64,000 nt of DNA from Squalus acanthias. Its lineage: Eukaryota. Positions 11,627 through 25,620 of the stretch are shown here, in pieces. The stretch lies in contig CM059431.1 of assembly GCA_030390025.1 (NCBI GenBank), positions 123,196,001 through 123,260,000 on the forward strand. Direction: 5' to 3'. How positions within the stretch are numbered: position 1 is the stretch's first letter; the number at the start of each line of letters is the position of its first letter. The notes beneath the pieces were generated by a model. It saw only the letters and a program-made list of their open reading frames with translations, was not told the origin of the DNA and did not search any database. The position numbers and the translations under genes are program-made.

Positions 11627-14484
11627 GACAGCCAGAACTGTGCAGAATTATGAAGACAGAATAGCTCCTGCACTTCCTAAAAAGTAGATTAAAGACATTT
11701 TAACGTATTGCAATTGCAGCCAAAGCAACCAAAACCTGCCCGACAAGCAACTTAGCAGCCTAAAATGACGAAACAGAGACTTAACTTAATGGAGGTGAGG
11801 GCCCCTTTAAATAGTGCTTGTGGATACTGCTCCCCAATTGTGCAAGGACCTAAATCAGTTCAAGGACCCTCATTATTATAGTTTAATTGGATCTGTGCTT
11901 AATTTCGGCAAGTGCTTGTTACGCCTAAGGGGCACTGACGTCACCTGACCGCATAGTGGTTTCCCCACTTAGGCAACAGTTCAAATTCACAGTCAGAGCT
12001 CGATGATGTCATTGGACCCTGTTCTGCATATTTAAAGAAGGACCTTGCCGGCTTCAGGCAACTGCCCTTTTCGACTCCACAGAAAAACAGGTTAAAATTG
12101 AAAACAGTGGGACCCTTGTGAGATGTCAGTGAGTAAGTCACCCAGGTAGGCAGGATTAAAATCAACCCTTAAATAGTTACTGTTATGAATCACATTTCCA
12201 AAGTGTGGCTTTAATTTTTACAGGTAACTAGGTAACAACAGGGCAGTTATGAATGGAACATCCCATTAAAGTGTTACTCTCTGAATATTTGACATAATTT
12301 CCAAAGGGTTAATATATTATCAATAGAAATAATTTCTTGAATCCTTTGATTAGTTATGACACTAAATCATATTTTGTTCACTGTTAAGTTAATAGGTGAG
12401 ATATTAAGATGATACTAGCAACGCACAGAATAAAATTCATGCCTCATTAATGGAATCTAAAGTAAAATGTGACAGTTCTGATTAATTTGTAACTTAGTCG
12501 ATGAAGTTGTCATTAATCTACTCTGTTAATTCAGAGGGTTACCTAGCTGTATATTTTTACATGAATACACCAAAGGATTTTGCTGTTGGGAGTTGATTTT
12601 TGATGCAGTATGAGTTCCGGCATATTACCAAGGAAAACATAATTTTATTCTTTAAAATTTAGGGAGATGATTATAATACACTTCCTCTGAATGTGCAAAT
12701 GGTCTCACTCCAGTTGTGTTCTAACTCTTCTGCCTGGCAACACTGACAGTCCCCACTGTGGAGCGACAACCTTTGTGACAGCAGAAGGATCGCAAGGGGA
12801 GATTTTAAGCTCATTTGCATACGCTTGGGCATGACATTCAAATCAGGTGCAAAATTGAAATCTGGTTTGGGCACAAAACGCAGGAGTGAAATAATCTTAA
12901 TTGAATAGCCTTCTGATTTGAATTTTGTATCCAAACCTGATTTTTATCATGTGCCTAAGCACCTGAAAACAAGCTTAAATAATCTCCTGCTGTGAGATGC
13001 ATATATTTTGACTGCTGACAGCAAGCAAGCCTTCCCTTATTGAGAGAAGAGCAATCAACTCAGACTGGGATGTATTGTATGCTCATCATTAACGGTGGAA
13101 GAATGATTGCTCCTTTAGCTATTCCTAAGCAGCCACATATGCTCTGAAGTTTGGAGGACTTAGGATGGTTATAAAGATGGAGGAACTCTTGCTAAGCACC
13201 TTATTCTGGTCAATAAACCTTGATAGTCTGAACAACTTTGATAAAGGTAGCATTTTTGGTAATAATTTAGAGGTGTGGTAACTACTAGTGAGCAAGCACT
13301 TAACTTTGCTCTTCACCGAGATAAACTGACATTCCCAGATGGTTTGGTAAGTTTTGCAAGTGAGTGACTGAATTATATAGAACAGGAAGATCCCAGTTTT
13401 GCTCCCTTTGGCTGGACTTTCCTCTGTGATCCCACCTGATGTCAGGCAGGATAGAGGCAGAAAATAAGGCAAAATTGGGCTACGAGTCCTATCAGCGCCT
13501 CCCTGCATGACTGCAATTTATTTTCCTCCCCCACTACTGGGACCACCACAGGCCGTCCCTTCCCCACCTGTCACATGTAAATGCCAGCAGGGAGGCAGGG
13601 CCTGGAGTCTCAGTTGATTTCCCTGCTGTCTACCCCTGTTACTGCTTGTCCCTGGGACCTCCAAGAGAAGTAGTCCCTAAGATGGTGGTAGGAAAGCCTC
13701 GAAATGCCAGGATGGAAGGAGTTGGCTTTGCAATAGCCTCCTCTCCCTCCAGTTTGGTTCTCCGCACTAAGCCTTTTAGGCTGTGGTCTAAAAGAAATGT
13801 TGCCGTACTCTTCAGGGCTCTTTGATTCTCTTTAAATCAGCGGTCCCACTGCAGCACCCCAGGAATTTTCCAGGGTCAACTGTTATCCAGTTGGCGTTGG
13901 ATGGCGGGGGGTCACCAGGAATCCATCCTGCATAACAAATGACCCCAGCTGCAGGAAAAAAAAATTCGGATCATGGCAGTGTCAGGACAGCAGGGAAATG
14001 TCCCATCATGTCACGAAGAGGAGCCCCTGGTCTCTGCTGAATTGGTTGATCTCAGATAGTGATTGCTTCAAGGCTACTACAATCAGCCTCAGCTCCCAGG
14101 GTACGGAGAGGAAAATCAGGGTTTGTGCTCCTGTTTGATACCAAGCACCCCTTGATAAAGTTGTACATGCTGCATGGGGACAGGATCTAGTTCAGCTGCT
14201 GGACCACGACCTGCAACGCTGCACCAGGGAACGTGGGTGCCCGCTCTGTACCACTTGCAGCCACTTCTTCCCTTGCAAAGTTTCATTGCTGTCTGAAACC
14301 AGAGTGCACCTCCCTGTAAGAGCTGCTGGTTGCCTTTCAATGTCATTAGTGATGCCCAATTTCTCGACCCCTTCCCTCCTACCCAAACTGGTGTGCAGCT
14401 AATAAGCAGTGTGGGTAGCAGTGACTGCATGCCTGACACTTTATAATGAGCTGGCTGCATGAATTTAATACAGTCCCTGCACAC

Positions 14485-17277
14485 TCGTGAACAGGCGTGT
14501 GCCTCGAATCCTGCGTGCCCATGTGAACAGGCATGTGTAGCATGCGCCTCGACTCCTGCGTGCCCATGTGAACAGGCGTGTGTAGCATGCGCCTCGACTC
14601 CTGCGTGCCCATGTGAACAGGCGTGTGTAGCACGTGCCTCGACTCCTGCGTGCCCATGTGAACAGGCGTGTGCAGCGCGCACCTCGACTCTTGCGTGCCC
14701 ATGTGAACAGGCGTGTGCGGCGAGCGCCTCGACTCTTGCGTGCCCATGTGAACAGGCGTGTGCAGTGCGTGCTTCGACTCCTGCGTGCCCATGTGAACAG
14801 GCGTGTGCAGCGAGCGCTTCGACTCCTGCGTGCACATGTGAACAGGCGTGTGCAGCGCGTGCCTCGACTCCTGCGTGCCCATGTTAACAGGTGTGTGCAG
14901 CTCACGCCTCGACTCCTGCGTGCCCATGTGAAGAGGCATGTGCAGCACGCGCCTTGGCTCCTGCGTGCCCATGTGAACAGGCGTGTGCAGCGCGCGCCTC
15001 AACTCCTGCATGCCCATTTGAACAGGCGTGTGCAGCGCGCGCTTCGACTCCTGCCTGCCCATGTGAACAGGCATGTGCAGCGAGCGCCTCGACTCTTGCG
15101 TGCCCATGTGAACAGGCGTGTGCGGCGAGCGCCTCGACTCTTGCGTGCCCATGTGAACAGGCGTGTGCAGCGCGTGCTTCGACTCCTGCGTGCCCATGTG
15201 AACAGGCATGTGCAGCAAGCGCCTCCACTCCTGCGTGCCCATGTGAACAGGCGTGTGCAGCACTCGCTTTGACTCCTGCGTGCCCATGTGAACAGGCGTG
15301 TGCAGCACGCACCTCGACTCCTGCGTTACCATGTGAACAGGCGTATGCAGCGCGCACCTCCACTCCTGCATGCCCATGTGAACAGGCGTGTGCAGCGCGC
15401 ACCTCGACTCCTGCATGCCCATGTGAACAGGCATGTGCAGCACTCGCTTCGACTCCTTCGTGCCCATGTGAACAGGCGTGTGCAGCACGCGCTTCGACTC
15501 CTGCGTGTCCATGTGAACAGGCGTGTGCAGCGCGCGCTTCGACTCCTGCGTGCCCATGTGAACAGGCGTGTGCAGCGCGCGCTTCGACTCCTGCGTGCCC
15601 ATGTGAACAGGCGTGTGCAGCGCGCGCTTCGACTCCTGCGTGCCCATGTGAACAGGCGTGTGCAGCGCGCGCTTCGACTCCTGCGTGCCCATGTGAACAG
15701 GCGTGTGCAGCGCGCGCTTCGACTCCTGCGTGCCCATGTGAACAGGCGTGTGCAGCGCGCGCTTCGACTCCTGCGTGCCCATGTGAACAGGCGTGTGCAG
15801 CGCGCGCTTCGACTCCTGCGTGCCCATGTGAACAGGCGTGTGCAGCGCGCGCTTCGACTCCTGCGTGCCCATGTGAACAGGCGTGTGCAGCGCGCGCTTC
15901 GACTCCTGCGTGCCCATGTGAACAGGCGTGTGCAGCGCGCGCTTCGACTCCTGCGTGCCCATGTGAACAGGCGTGTGCAGCGCGCGCTTCGACTCCTGCG
16001 TGCCCATGTGAACAGGCGTGTGCAGCGCGCGCTTCGACTCCTGCGTGCCCATGTGAACAGGCGTGTGCAGCGCGCGCTTCGACTCCTGCGTGCCCATGTG
16101 AACAGGCGTGTGCAGCGCGCGCTTCGACTCCTGCGTGCCCATGTGAACAGGCGTGTGCAGCGCGCGCTTCGACTCCTGCGTGCCCATGTGAACAGGCGTG
16201 TGCAGCGCGCGCTTCGACTCCTGCGTGCCCATGTGAACAGGCGTGTGCAGCGCGCGCTTCGACTCCTGCGTGCCCATGTGAACAGGCGTGTGCAGCGCGC
16301 GCTTCGACTCCTGCGTGCCCATGTGAACAGGCGTGTGCAGCGCGCGCTTCGACTCCTGCGTGCCCATGTGAACAGGCGTGTGCAGCGCGCGCTTCGACTC
16401 CTGCGTGCCCATGTGAACAGGCGTGTGCAGCGCGCGCTTCGACTCCTGCGTGCCCATGTGAACAGGCGTGTGCAGCGCGCGCTTCGACTCCTGCGTGCCC
16501 ATGTGAACAGGCGTGTGCAGCGCGCGCTTCGACTCCTGCGTGCCCATGTGAACAGGCGTGTGCAGCGCGCGCTTCGACTCCTGCGTGCCCATGTGAACAG
16601 GCGTGTGCAGCGCGCGCTTCGACTCCTGCGTGCCCATGTGAACAGGCGTGTGCAGCGCGCGCTTCGACTCCTGCGTGCCCATGTGAACAGGCGTGTGCAG
16701 CGCGCGCTTCGACTCCTGCGTGCCCATGTGAACAGGCGTGTGCAGCGCGCGCTTCGACTCCTGCGTGCCCATGTGAACAGGCGTGTGCAGCGCGCGCTTC
16801 GACTCCTGCGTGCCCATGTGAACAGGCGTGTGCAGCGCGCGCTTCGACTCCTGCGTGCCCATGTGAACAGGCGTGTGCAGCGCGCGCTTCGACTCCTGCG
16901 TGCCCATGTGAACAGGCGTGTGCAGCGCGCGCTTCGACTCCTGCGTGCCCATGTGAACAGGCGTGTGCAGCGCGCGCTTCGACTCCTGCGTGCCCATGTG
17001 AACAGGCGTGTGCAGCGCGCGCTTCGACTCCTGCGTGCCCATGTGAACAGGCGTGTGCAGCGCGCGCTTCGACTCCTGCGTGCCCATGTGAACAGGCGTG
17101 TGCAGCGCGCGCTTCGACTCCTGCGTGCTCATGTGAACAGGCGTGTGCAGCACGCGCTTCGACTCCTGCGTGCCCATGTGAACAGGCGTGTGCAGCGCGC
17201 GCTTCGACTCCTGCGTGCCCATGTGAACAGGCGTGTGCAGCACGCGCTTCGACTCCTGCGTGCCCATGTGAACAGGT
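14485..17277. repeat. 45-bp GC/CpG-rich minisatellite, ~62 copies
   Basis: Unit gactcctgcgtgcccatgtgaacaggcgtgtgcagcgcgcgcttc; essentially identical copies ~15540-17120, more diverged copies on the left. Confidence 0.97.
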
Positions 17278-19074
17278 GCGATCGAATTCTCGGTCAATGT
17301 CTGTGCATTAAGTAAATAGCTGGCTTTACGTCTCAGCCCAGGTGCTGAAATACAGCTTTGGTATCAATAGCTCTTTTCTGACACAGTTAAAATAAAATAA
17401 TGGTAGAGAATCACCGTAATGATCTTTACCTTTAGACTCATCAGAAGAAGATAGACTTTGGGTGGCCACTAAAAGTTGAGGAAGTTTGCTAGCTGCTATT
17501 TATAAGGGCAAAATTGGAGCTTCAATCAGCAACACTCACTGTCGTGCAGCCAATCCCCTAGTCTTAGCTCTTTGCATACACAAGGCTAAAATGACAGCGC
17601 ACCCACATACTCTGTCTCCTCCCTGCTGACGCAACAGTTTCACACTTTCACACACTGTTGAAGCATGATTAAAGCCTGTTAACTTTTTTCTGCCTTGTAC
17701 AAGACTTCCTTTTCATTTGGTGATGCTGGTAATTTGTACAAAGAAACCGAACCCACAGAACCTTTGCATTCCTAGGGATGTGTTTGTTCTATGTTCAGGC
17801 AAGTCACTCCTAGTTCCAGGAAGGGATGCACAAAGACACATCAAAGAGCAAATTAAAAATGTTCCTTCTGTTGAATTGACAAGAATGAACAGAAAGGACT
17901 GTATGCTAATAGTACAGATATGCAGCATTTTGCTTTACCAGCTTTTTGACAGGGGTTACTGAAAGGTTCATAGCATTTGCTATTCCCAATGTGTAGAAAA
18001 GTTTATTGTATGTAGTAAACACTGGCAATGGCATTTCATTATCAATCTGTTATCATTTTAATTTACAATGCAAGATTTTGAAGTAAGGAGTAAAGTTCAA
18101 AATCTAAGTGCTGCAAGATTGATGGAAACAACAGCAATTGTGACATTGGAGTAGAGTGTGTTGATGAGCTGTCTCAAGTCCTGTAAATTGTTTAGTTAGA
18201 GCTTGGGAAACATGGAGAAAATGAGCCCATGCTGGAGCAGTTTGTTTTAGCTTTTACTTAGAAATAAATTCTGCAATCCTCCCAAATAAAGTTCCTTATT
18301 TTCAATGAAGCTTCATGATTCCAATAGTTCATTATTTGAAAATCCCTCTGCAAATTAATGCTAATTTATGAATGGTAGGCATTTCTTAAATGATTTATTT
18401 ATTGGGTGCACACGCTGCTAATCTGTTACTGGAAAGCACAACATCTGCAGAAGCACGTCTAACCAATGCATTTCATTTTATTTTTTAATCCTCTGCACTT
18501 GCAGATTCAGCCTGAAAACGTGCCAATAGCATTTCTCAGTCTCAATACTACATTGTCATTCTGGTCATTACCGTGAAGATGCTTCGACCAACTATTGTAT
18601 ACAAATCCTGCCTTGGAATAACAAGAAGGTTCCTATTTGTGACTTATTAGAGTAGGCTGAGCCTCACATAATTGTTTCTGCTCTCATTTGCTTTGGTGAT
18701 AAGTAGGAACAGAGAGCAATCCTGGCAGGGTGATGATATCCTCAAGGTGTCTATTGATGAATAGCACACTGATAGCCAATAAATCATGGACTTCAAGGTA
18801 CCTTTCAGCCAAAGAGGGGGGGGGGGGGGGTCATTCATTAACTTGATTCTATCTTTTTTTTAATTTAACTTGAACAGTCTCACACAGTGACTGCAAGTCT
18901 CCGCTGGATCGCTCAGCAATCAGAGGAGTACAGCAACAATAATACAAACTATTCCACACCCATGTAGACTACCGACATTAGAACTTCAGATATAGTGGAA
19001 GGATACAGACACATGGAACTATGTGGTCTGCATATCACTTGCCGAAAATAACATCTTAGTTTTATTAGCAACAA

Positions 19075-19378
19075 GTTTTTTTTTATTTGTTCATGGGATG
19101 TGGGCATCGCTGGTAAGGTCAGCATTTATTGCCCACCCCTAATTGCCCTTGAGAAGCCATCTTCTTGAACCACTGCAATCCGTATTGTGAAGGTACTCCC
19201 ACAGTGCTGTTAGGGAGGGATTTCGAACCAGTGGCGATGAAGGAACGGCAATATATTTCCAAGTCAAGATGGTGTGCAACTTGGAGGGGAACTTGGAGGT
19301 GGTGGTGTTCCCATAGGCCTGCTGCCCTTGTCCTTCCAAGCGATAGAAGTCGCGGGTTTGAGAGGAGCTGTTGAAGAA
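19075..19378 (-). mobile_element. LINE 3'-end fragment (non-LTR retrotransposon)
   Basis: Poly-T followed by atttgttcatgggatgtgggcatcgctgg...; the minus frame gives IAVPS...NSTVGVPS..GLQWFKK, a LINE ORF2 C-terminal pattern. Confidence 0.55.
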
Positions 19379-21387
19379 GTAAAACGAGTAAAGCATAAAA
19401 GACCAATTCATTAATAACTGTATGAAATTAATATATTATCATGTTACATGATGTAAGCCAATCATTACAAAACTTCTGCAACATGTGGACTCGTAAAATC
19501 ATTGGTACAGAAAATAACTTAAATATTAGATAATCAAATGTATCAGAGAAAACAAATGACCATTTATAAGGCAGTTGTAACTTGTGTTACCAGAGCCTTT
19601 TGACAACATTATTTAATTGTAATCACATCTGGACATTCATGGTTCTCAAAGTATTAATACTAGTATTAAAAATCAACAAAGTCCTGTGATCTTGCGAGAG
19701 CCTGCATTTAGTTGGTGAACAAATTGTAGCTCTATATTGTGATTTATATTCCTGGTAGCACGTGGTACAGTGACAGGCTTGATGGGGTTCACCTTTCATC
19801 TGTCATATCTAAAGATAGAGTGGAGTAAGCTTTTCATTGCAGCTTTTCTTTCACTTCTAATTTTCGCTTTCAATCCCCCCTTTACTGTTGCCCTCTGAAA
19901 GTAGCAATTGAATATAGTGGGCATTAGTGCCTTGCCAAGACCTAATGCAAGTCATGAAAGAGCCCAGATCAATGTGTGTTAGTGGACTATTCAATCTATT
20001 GAGCTACGACTCACCTTATGCTTATACAGCCTTCTGTATGTGCTAACCAAGTAGTAATAAAGAGCAAAAAAATCTGTCTGAATTTTCTCCTTCTCTATTA
20101 GGTGGTAACATTTCTTAGACGCCAGATAATTTTAGTTATTCAATCTAATAGTTAGAAAATTGAAAGTGCTTTAAAGTCGGTACTAGACCACTGTGACTGA
20201 TTCTCTAATAGGCACTCCCACTGAGTAAGACTCCTGTCAATTTACTCTACTAAGTCCAGTTGTACTGCTTGCAGCATTCTGGTGCAAATTTGTTAAGAGC
20301 ACAGACAGTATTCTGAACCTTGGCCATTCCTGATTTGTAGGATTTTCTTTTTCTGTTTAAAGGCATTATATCAGTTGTTGTTGGTGGTGTTGATATTATT
20401 AATGGCTTAGGTCACAACACAAGCTGTATTTACCCATTAAGCCATTGAGGAGCTGGCAATACAACAACAACTTGTATTTACATAGTGCCTTTAACGTAGT
20501 AAAACGTCCCAAGATGCTTCGCAGTAGTGAACTCAGTCAGAAATATCTGACAATATCTCTTTAATACTAATTATGGCATCTTCGAATAGTTGAAAGATTA
20601 AATTCTTCAAACCTTTATATATGCAAATGAGATTTTCCATGAATAATTAATATATGTACCAAATTTATAGTTGATGCTCATGAGTATGATTCAACAGGGT
20701 GAGTTCTTCCATCATACATGGTTCTACTGTCGAAAGATGCAAAGCTGAAATTAAATTATACAAGTACTTCTTTTTTTCCTTTCTTCACCGATTTTTGCCC
20801 CTCTTCTCCCAGTCCTTACTGGGTATGATTCCACAGGAGCTAACAGCTGAATCTGATCATGTCCTCACCTGATGTCCACATACATGCACTTCCTGCAGGG
20901 GTCACTGGATAGCAAACAGGAACACAAGTTGTTTTTTTCCCTTCCTAACCCTGAGGCACTGGGCTCACTTGTACCATTGCACCAGATGAGATCAGCATAC
21001 TCACCACAGGCAATGGATTTAGCCTTGGACTTTTACAAGTCCACATGGCTCAGTTACACACTCGAAAACTCAAAGCTAGGGAAACTTCACAATTAAGTTT
21101 CAAAATCAGAGCATACTGGAAGGTGTACATCAGTAACTTAGGTTTTACTTTATCAGTACATCTTTCTATTCCTGAATTCTTTGCGTGAGTGGTATTTATT
21201 AAGCCACATATCACTTAAAGAAACGGTTCCCATGAACTTAAAAAAAAAATGCAATGACCTGTGCTGTCACCCTTTATTCTATGCATTACAGCTGCTTAAC
21301 ACTTCACAAAATTGAGCCTTCCTAAATTTATTACCGAATTCAGCAGGTAACACACATTTTCCCTGCAACATGACCACCGATTAACAT

Positions 21388-21518
21388 GATGCGGAGATGC
21401 CGGTGTTGGACTGGGGTGGACAAAAATGAGAAGTCGCACAACACCAGGTTATAGTCCAACAGTTTTATTTGAAATCACGAGCTTTTGGAGCGCTGCTCCT
21501 TCGTCAGGTAAAGTATTA
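21388..21518 (-). mobile_element. Penelope-like terminal fragment with degenerate hammerhead motif
   Basis: Flanked by the 12-bp direct repeat accgattaacat (21376-21387, 21519-21530); minus strand reads cctgacga-aggagcagcgctcc-aaaagc (CUGANGA...GAAA core, G mutated); shares sequence with 5470-5627. Confidence 0.65.
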
Positions 21519-23325
21519 ACCGATTAACATATGTACATTCAAGCTGAAGACCTAGCCACCAGTTATGAAACCTTGGTCTAGTAGTGTTGAAAAATAAGAA
21601 CATTACCTGCTGAAGTGTATAAAGGTTCATAGGCTGGATACGTCAGCACCTTCCCCACACCTAAAGTGCATTGTTCCTATCTAGCACAAGATTACCAGAA
21701 TTTCCGGTCTGGGGCCATTAATGAAACACAGGACCACTCCCAGCACAGGCTTGACCCACAGACAGACCTAGTTTTGTACAGAGTTCAGGAAAATGATACA
21801 CAGCTGCAAGCCTTGGACATTGGGAGCTTCTGGCTGCCATTGGAGAACAGAAGCCAGAAGGTCTGGATTTGATTGAAACATCCTGGGAGCGGGTGGAAAG
21901 TAAAGAAGACATCCTCAACTGCAACTCTTCAGTTTGCACCGAGATTTCCGAGATCCATCCAGTTGGTAGGGATTAAGGGACAGGCCACAATACAATGTTC
22001 TTCGGGTTGTCCTTGCTTTTAACTCAAATGTATGGATAAAGGACCATGGGATTATTTTACAAATATGCCTAATATTGAAGAACGTTGCATCACTAAATTG
22101 CACACCAGCAAGTCCGTCACTGGTTTCCATATTGGTCTCAAACCAAATATTTGGACAAGTATTTAAGAAAGTAATAACTTGCATTTTTGCCACCTGATCA
22201 CATTATCAGGTGACCAAAGATATTTCATATTACATAAATTACTTCTCAAGTGCAGTTGTTGTTGTTATGTAGGCAGGGGCAGCACGTATTGAATTAAATG
22301 ATTTGGAAATAGGCTATCATGGAAGATGACCTACTAAGGAGGTGGTACCCACAACCGCTCAAAACTGCATGGGTTAATGAGGTCTGCCATTCTTTACTCG
22401 TTTATTTTTCTTCGACCATTAACCCTATCACTAGTCTTCTCTGCAAGCAAAAGGCAATCTGACTGAACAGAAGATTTGCAAGGTCAAACCAAAGCCATTT
22501 CAAAGCTAAAAAATTAGCAAAACCAACAAGAGCTGTTGTAGTTTGTAGTAGCATAATCATTATCCATTAATTACCTACCATTTGCAACAGTGACCAAATG
22601 CCATCATAGTAAACTATTGATCATTCTGTCATGGAATCTAATTATAATGAATTCAATTCAAAGATACTCCCCCACTTAAATGGATCATCCTCCAGTATTT
22701 ATTACTTGGCAATTAATCTTTCTAAGAGTCATAATTAGTTGGGGTTGTGACTATCATGCTTACTTTATTAATTTAAAGTTTTTTAATTGGTGTTTTGAGC
22801 ATTTGCAGCATCTTAGCTGCATGGATTCATACTGATGATAGGGGAGATATCACAGTAAAATACATTCATTCTCCACAAACTCAGTCACTAGAACGCTGCA
22901 GTTCATTTTATTTTTCTATCATACTCAAAGTAGCAGATTGCTAAGCAATTTTTCAACTACAGACATCTCGTTCTCACTTGACAAAGTCGGTCTTTTTTTC
23001 CTGTAAATTATATATTGAGAAATTATTTATAAGTATTAGCAGATCTCCCATGGCATCGCTCACAGTAAATTAGATGAGGTACTGTTTTATAATGATAGGA
23101 CCTTTACACCATGTAATATATAATGTATTACTCCATTGCCAAGGTAGACCCATGTTTACAATGTTCTGTCCCTTTAAAGCGTAATTGCTACAAGTAAACA
23201 CAGTTTAATTGTTTTTTGTGAGTGGACTTTAATGACTGGAATGTGCTCGTCAATGGCAAGCTGCAGCTTAGAAGCACCCAGCATTTTAATAATGTTTTGC
23301 ACCAGTAACAAAGTAACAAATCAAT

Positions 23326-24060
23326 GGCCCAGAAATTGATCTCGCTCTGTTCCCGCGGGGGTAAGCCTTCCCCGCGATGTCTCACCTCGCTTGTGCTTTT
23401 TCAGATCCAGCTCGCACGAACTTGATGTTCCAGACATCAGCTGTGCTGGGCTTGCGTATCCCAGCGGCGTAGTGAATTCGTGCGAGCTGTGGGATCACGT
23501 GACTCAGTTAGAGCCAATGGCAGCACACCATCTTCCATTCATAAGTTTCACAGACCTGCTGTGAAATCTATGAATCTTACACCCCCCCAAAATAACAGCT
23601 AAACCTCAATTAAATAAAAAAAAAAACATCACATTAATAAAATAAGTATAGTTAATTAAATTAACCATTTTAAATAAAAAATTAAATTTTTGAAAAAATT
23701 TAAAATCTTTTAAAAAGTTATAAAAATAAACTTACCTGTCTTTAAAGTCTCTAAAAAAGATATACATGTAAAAAAAAATTCAAAAAAATACTTAATTCAC
23801 CTTCTTAAAACCGGGTCTTACTCCTCCTTTTTACATTTCCAAAATCTTCCCTACTTACCTGCGCGTCCAAAGCATGAAGTGCACAGCGTGCGCGCAGCCT
23901 GTAGCGCGCACGCGATGCACCCAGGCCCCGCCCCCTTTTCAGAAGAGCAATTGCCGGTTTTCAGCGCATGCGCAGGGCATGCAGAAAACCGGCAATTGGA
24001 GTGGGAATACGCGAGAGTACGCAGTGCGTACTCTCGCGTCCCGGGATCAATTTTCGGCCC
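23326..24060. mobile_element. Non-autonomous TIR element (MITE), copy 1
   Basis: Imperfect TIRs ggcccagaaattgatc / gatcaattttcggccc; internal palindromes; highly similar copy at 57025-57768. Confidence 0.88.
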
Positions 24061-25620
24061 ATGATGTCTTGAGTGTAACATTTGTGCACATTACAAGTAC
24101 TAGCCCTGAATTTCCTCTGTTTTATTCCAGGGCAAAGATTATACAATCTGGCCAGGACCGTGAGAAATATGGGGCAGAGATTGAATTCATCAAATTTTCA
24201 AACTTTGTTGCGTCCACTAAAAGTTCTGCTGCAAGTAAGGGCTTCTGCCCTCCTCGTTCATACAGATGTAAAGAAATGATGGGATAATAGCAGGATAGTG
24301 TCACCCATTCCAATTCCAGACTTGCCTGACTTGCCCCAACCGAACACATTCCTGCAGAAAGGAAGCCTTGCAACACTCACGAGTAGATCAATCTGGAAGT
24401 AAATCATTAGATTTTTCTTTGAGCCCAAACAATTGTTCATAACTTGGGCTTTGAGTCTGATCTGGATGTTTTTTGTTCTGCAGCTCTTGATGGGGTCTCC
24501 AACTTCGGAGTATAGTCACTGGGGCCAATTCTGAAATTTTTGGTCATTCTTCACACTAGATTAAACATGGGTTCCCAAATGGGGATTCTTCGGTTTACAA
24601 TTATAAATAGAGGAAAAGCAAAAGCAGGAAGAGGAGGAATACAGGAAAGCATGATTGATAAAGTATCATAGGAGGAGGATGAGACCTACTTGATGGGTAC
24701 CCATGAGTAAGAGTTTACAGTGCTCGGCCCTCCATCCTGGAGCTCTAGATAAACAGTGAGGCTAGATTTGCAACCCAGCATTACCATTAGGACAGCACCT
24801 ACTGCTCCAGTGAAAGAGACTACAGCACTCAAACATTTTCCCATGGGATTTTTTTCAAGGTGCCAGGGAGGATTTCACAAACAGTAGTTAGTTTGCTTTC
24901 CATTGCTATATTCATCAGATACCTGAAGCCTTGTTTCTTTATATCCAGGTCCCAGCAAAATTTACAGCCTTTGCACTGCATTTCCACCGGAGTTACAGCA
25001 AAATTGTGCTGCAAGGGCTGAGGATTTTCAGCACCTAATTTCAAGCCCTGGATATTTAATTTTGAGGGAAAGAAAAGTAATGGATGAAATGTTCCGTGAA
25101 AAGCTTTTTAGTGATTTGATGGATTTACTTTTTTAAGAAATTTGCCCGTGTGAATCAGCTGGAAGAATTTTGCACATTCACTGGAGATCTATAAACGTAA
25201 AAGAAATTTGTTGTATTGTGTTCATAGTTAAGTGACATGTTGAGGCATAATATACAGAGTGTGATGTGTTGGGCAGGAAGTTCATGCAGTTATACAGTTT
25301 TTTATGATATTATTAGTAGGTTTCTCTGGTGTCTTTGAAATTCTATCCTAACAAATGTCAATGTTATGAAGTGAAATGGGAAAATTGTAAGGAGGAGAGA
25401 AATCATTTTCAATGTTTACATTTTTTTCCACCATAGTTTTATATGGGCTCAGCAATAACATTGATGCAAATACTGAGCAATAACAACTTGCATTTGCACA
25501 GCACCTTCAACCAAGAAACAATGTCCTAACACACTTCACAAAGGTGTAAGGAAAAGAAATGGACACCAAGCCAAAGAAGGAGATGTTAAGACAGGTGATC
25601 AAAAGCTTGGTTAAAGAGAT

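Larger units (their letters stand above)
9000..12168. mobile_element. Degenerate PIF/Harbinger DNA transposon (convergent Myb/SANT-gene 3' part on +, transposase on -)
   Basis: Transposase fragments on the minus strand; + strand acidic/low-complexity ORF similar to exon 3 of the gene at 25916; TIR-like end aaaatcaaccc at ~12168. Left boundary approximate. Confidence 0.75.

Noticed and set aside
14485..17277. CRISPR-like array
   Set aside because: Units are contiguous with no unique spacers; eukaryotic context; no cas genes.
14379..17315. Long ORFs (972, 806, 675 aa) resembling metallothionein-like or repeat proteins
   Set aside because: By-products of a 45-bp stop-free tandem unit; the two longest start at TTG/GTG, the Cys-rich frame has an in-frame TAA at 14885-14887, and there are no unique flanking domains.
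21666..22193. Short ORFs as possible host exons (also 24300-24600, 45345-45683)
   Set aside because: No recognisable protein motifs or consistent splice-phase chain; a host gene with small exons cannot be excluded without RNA data.
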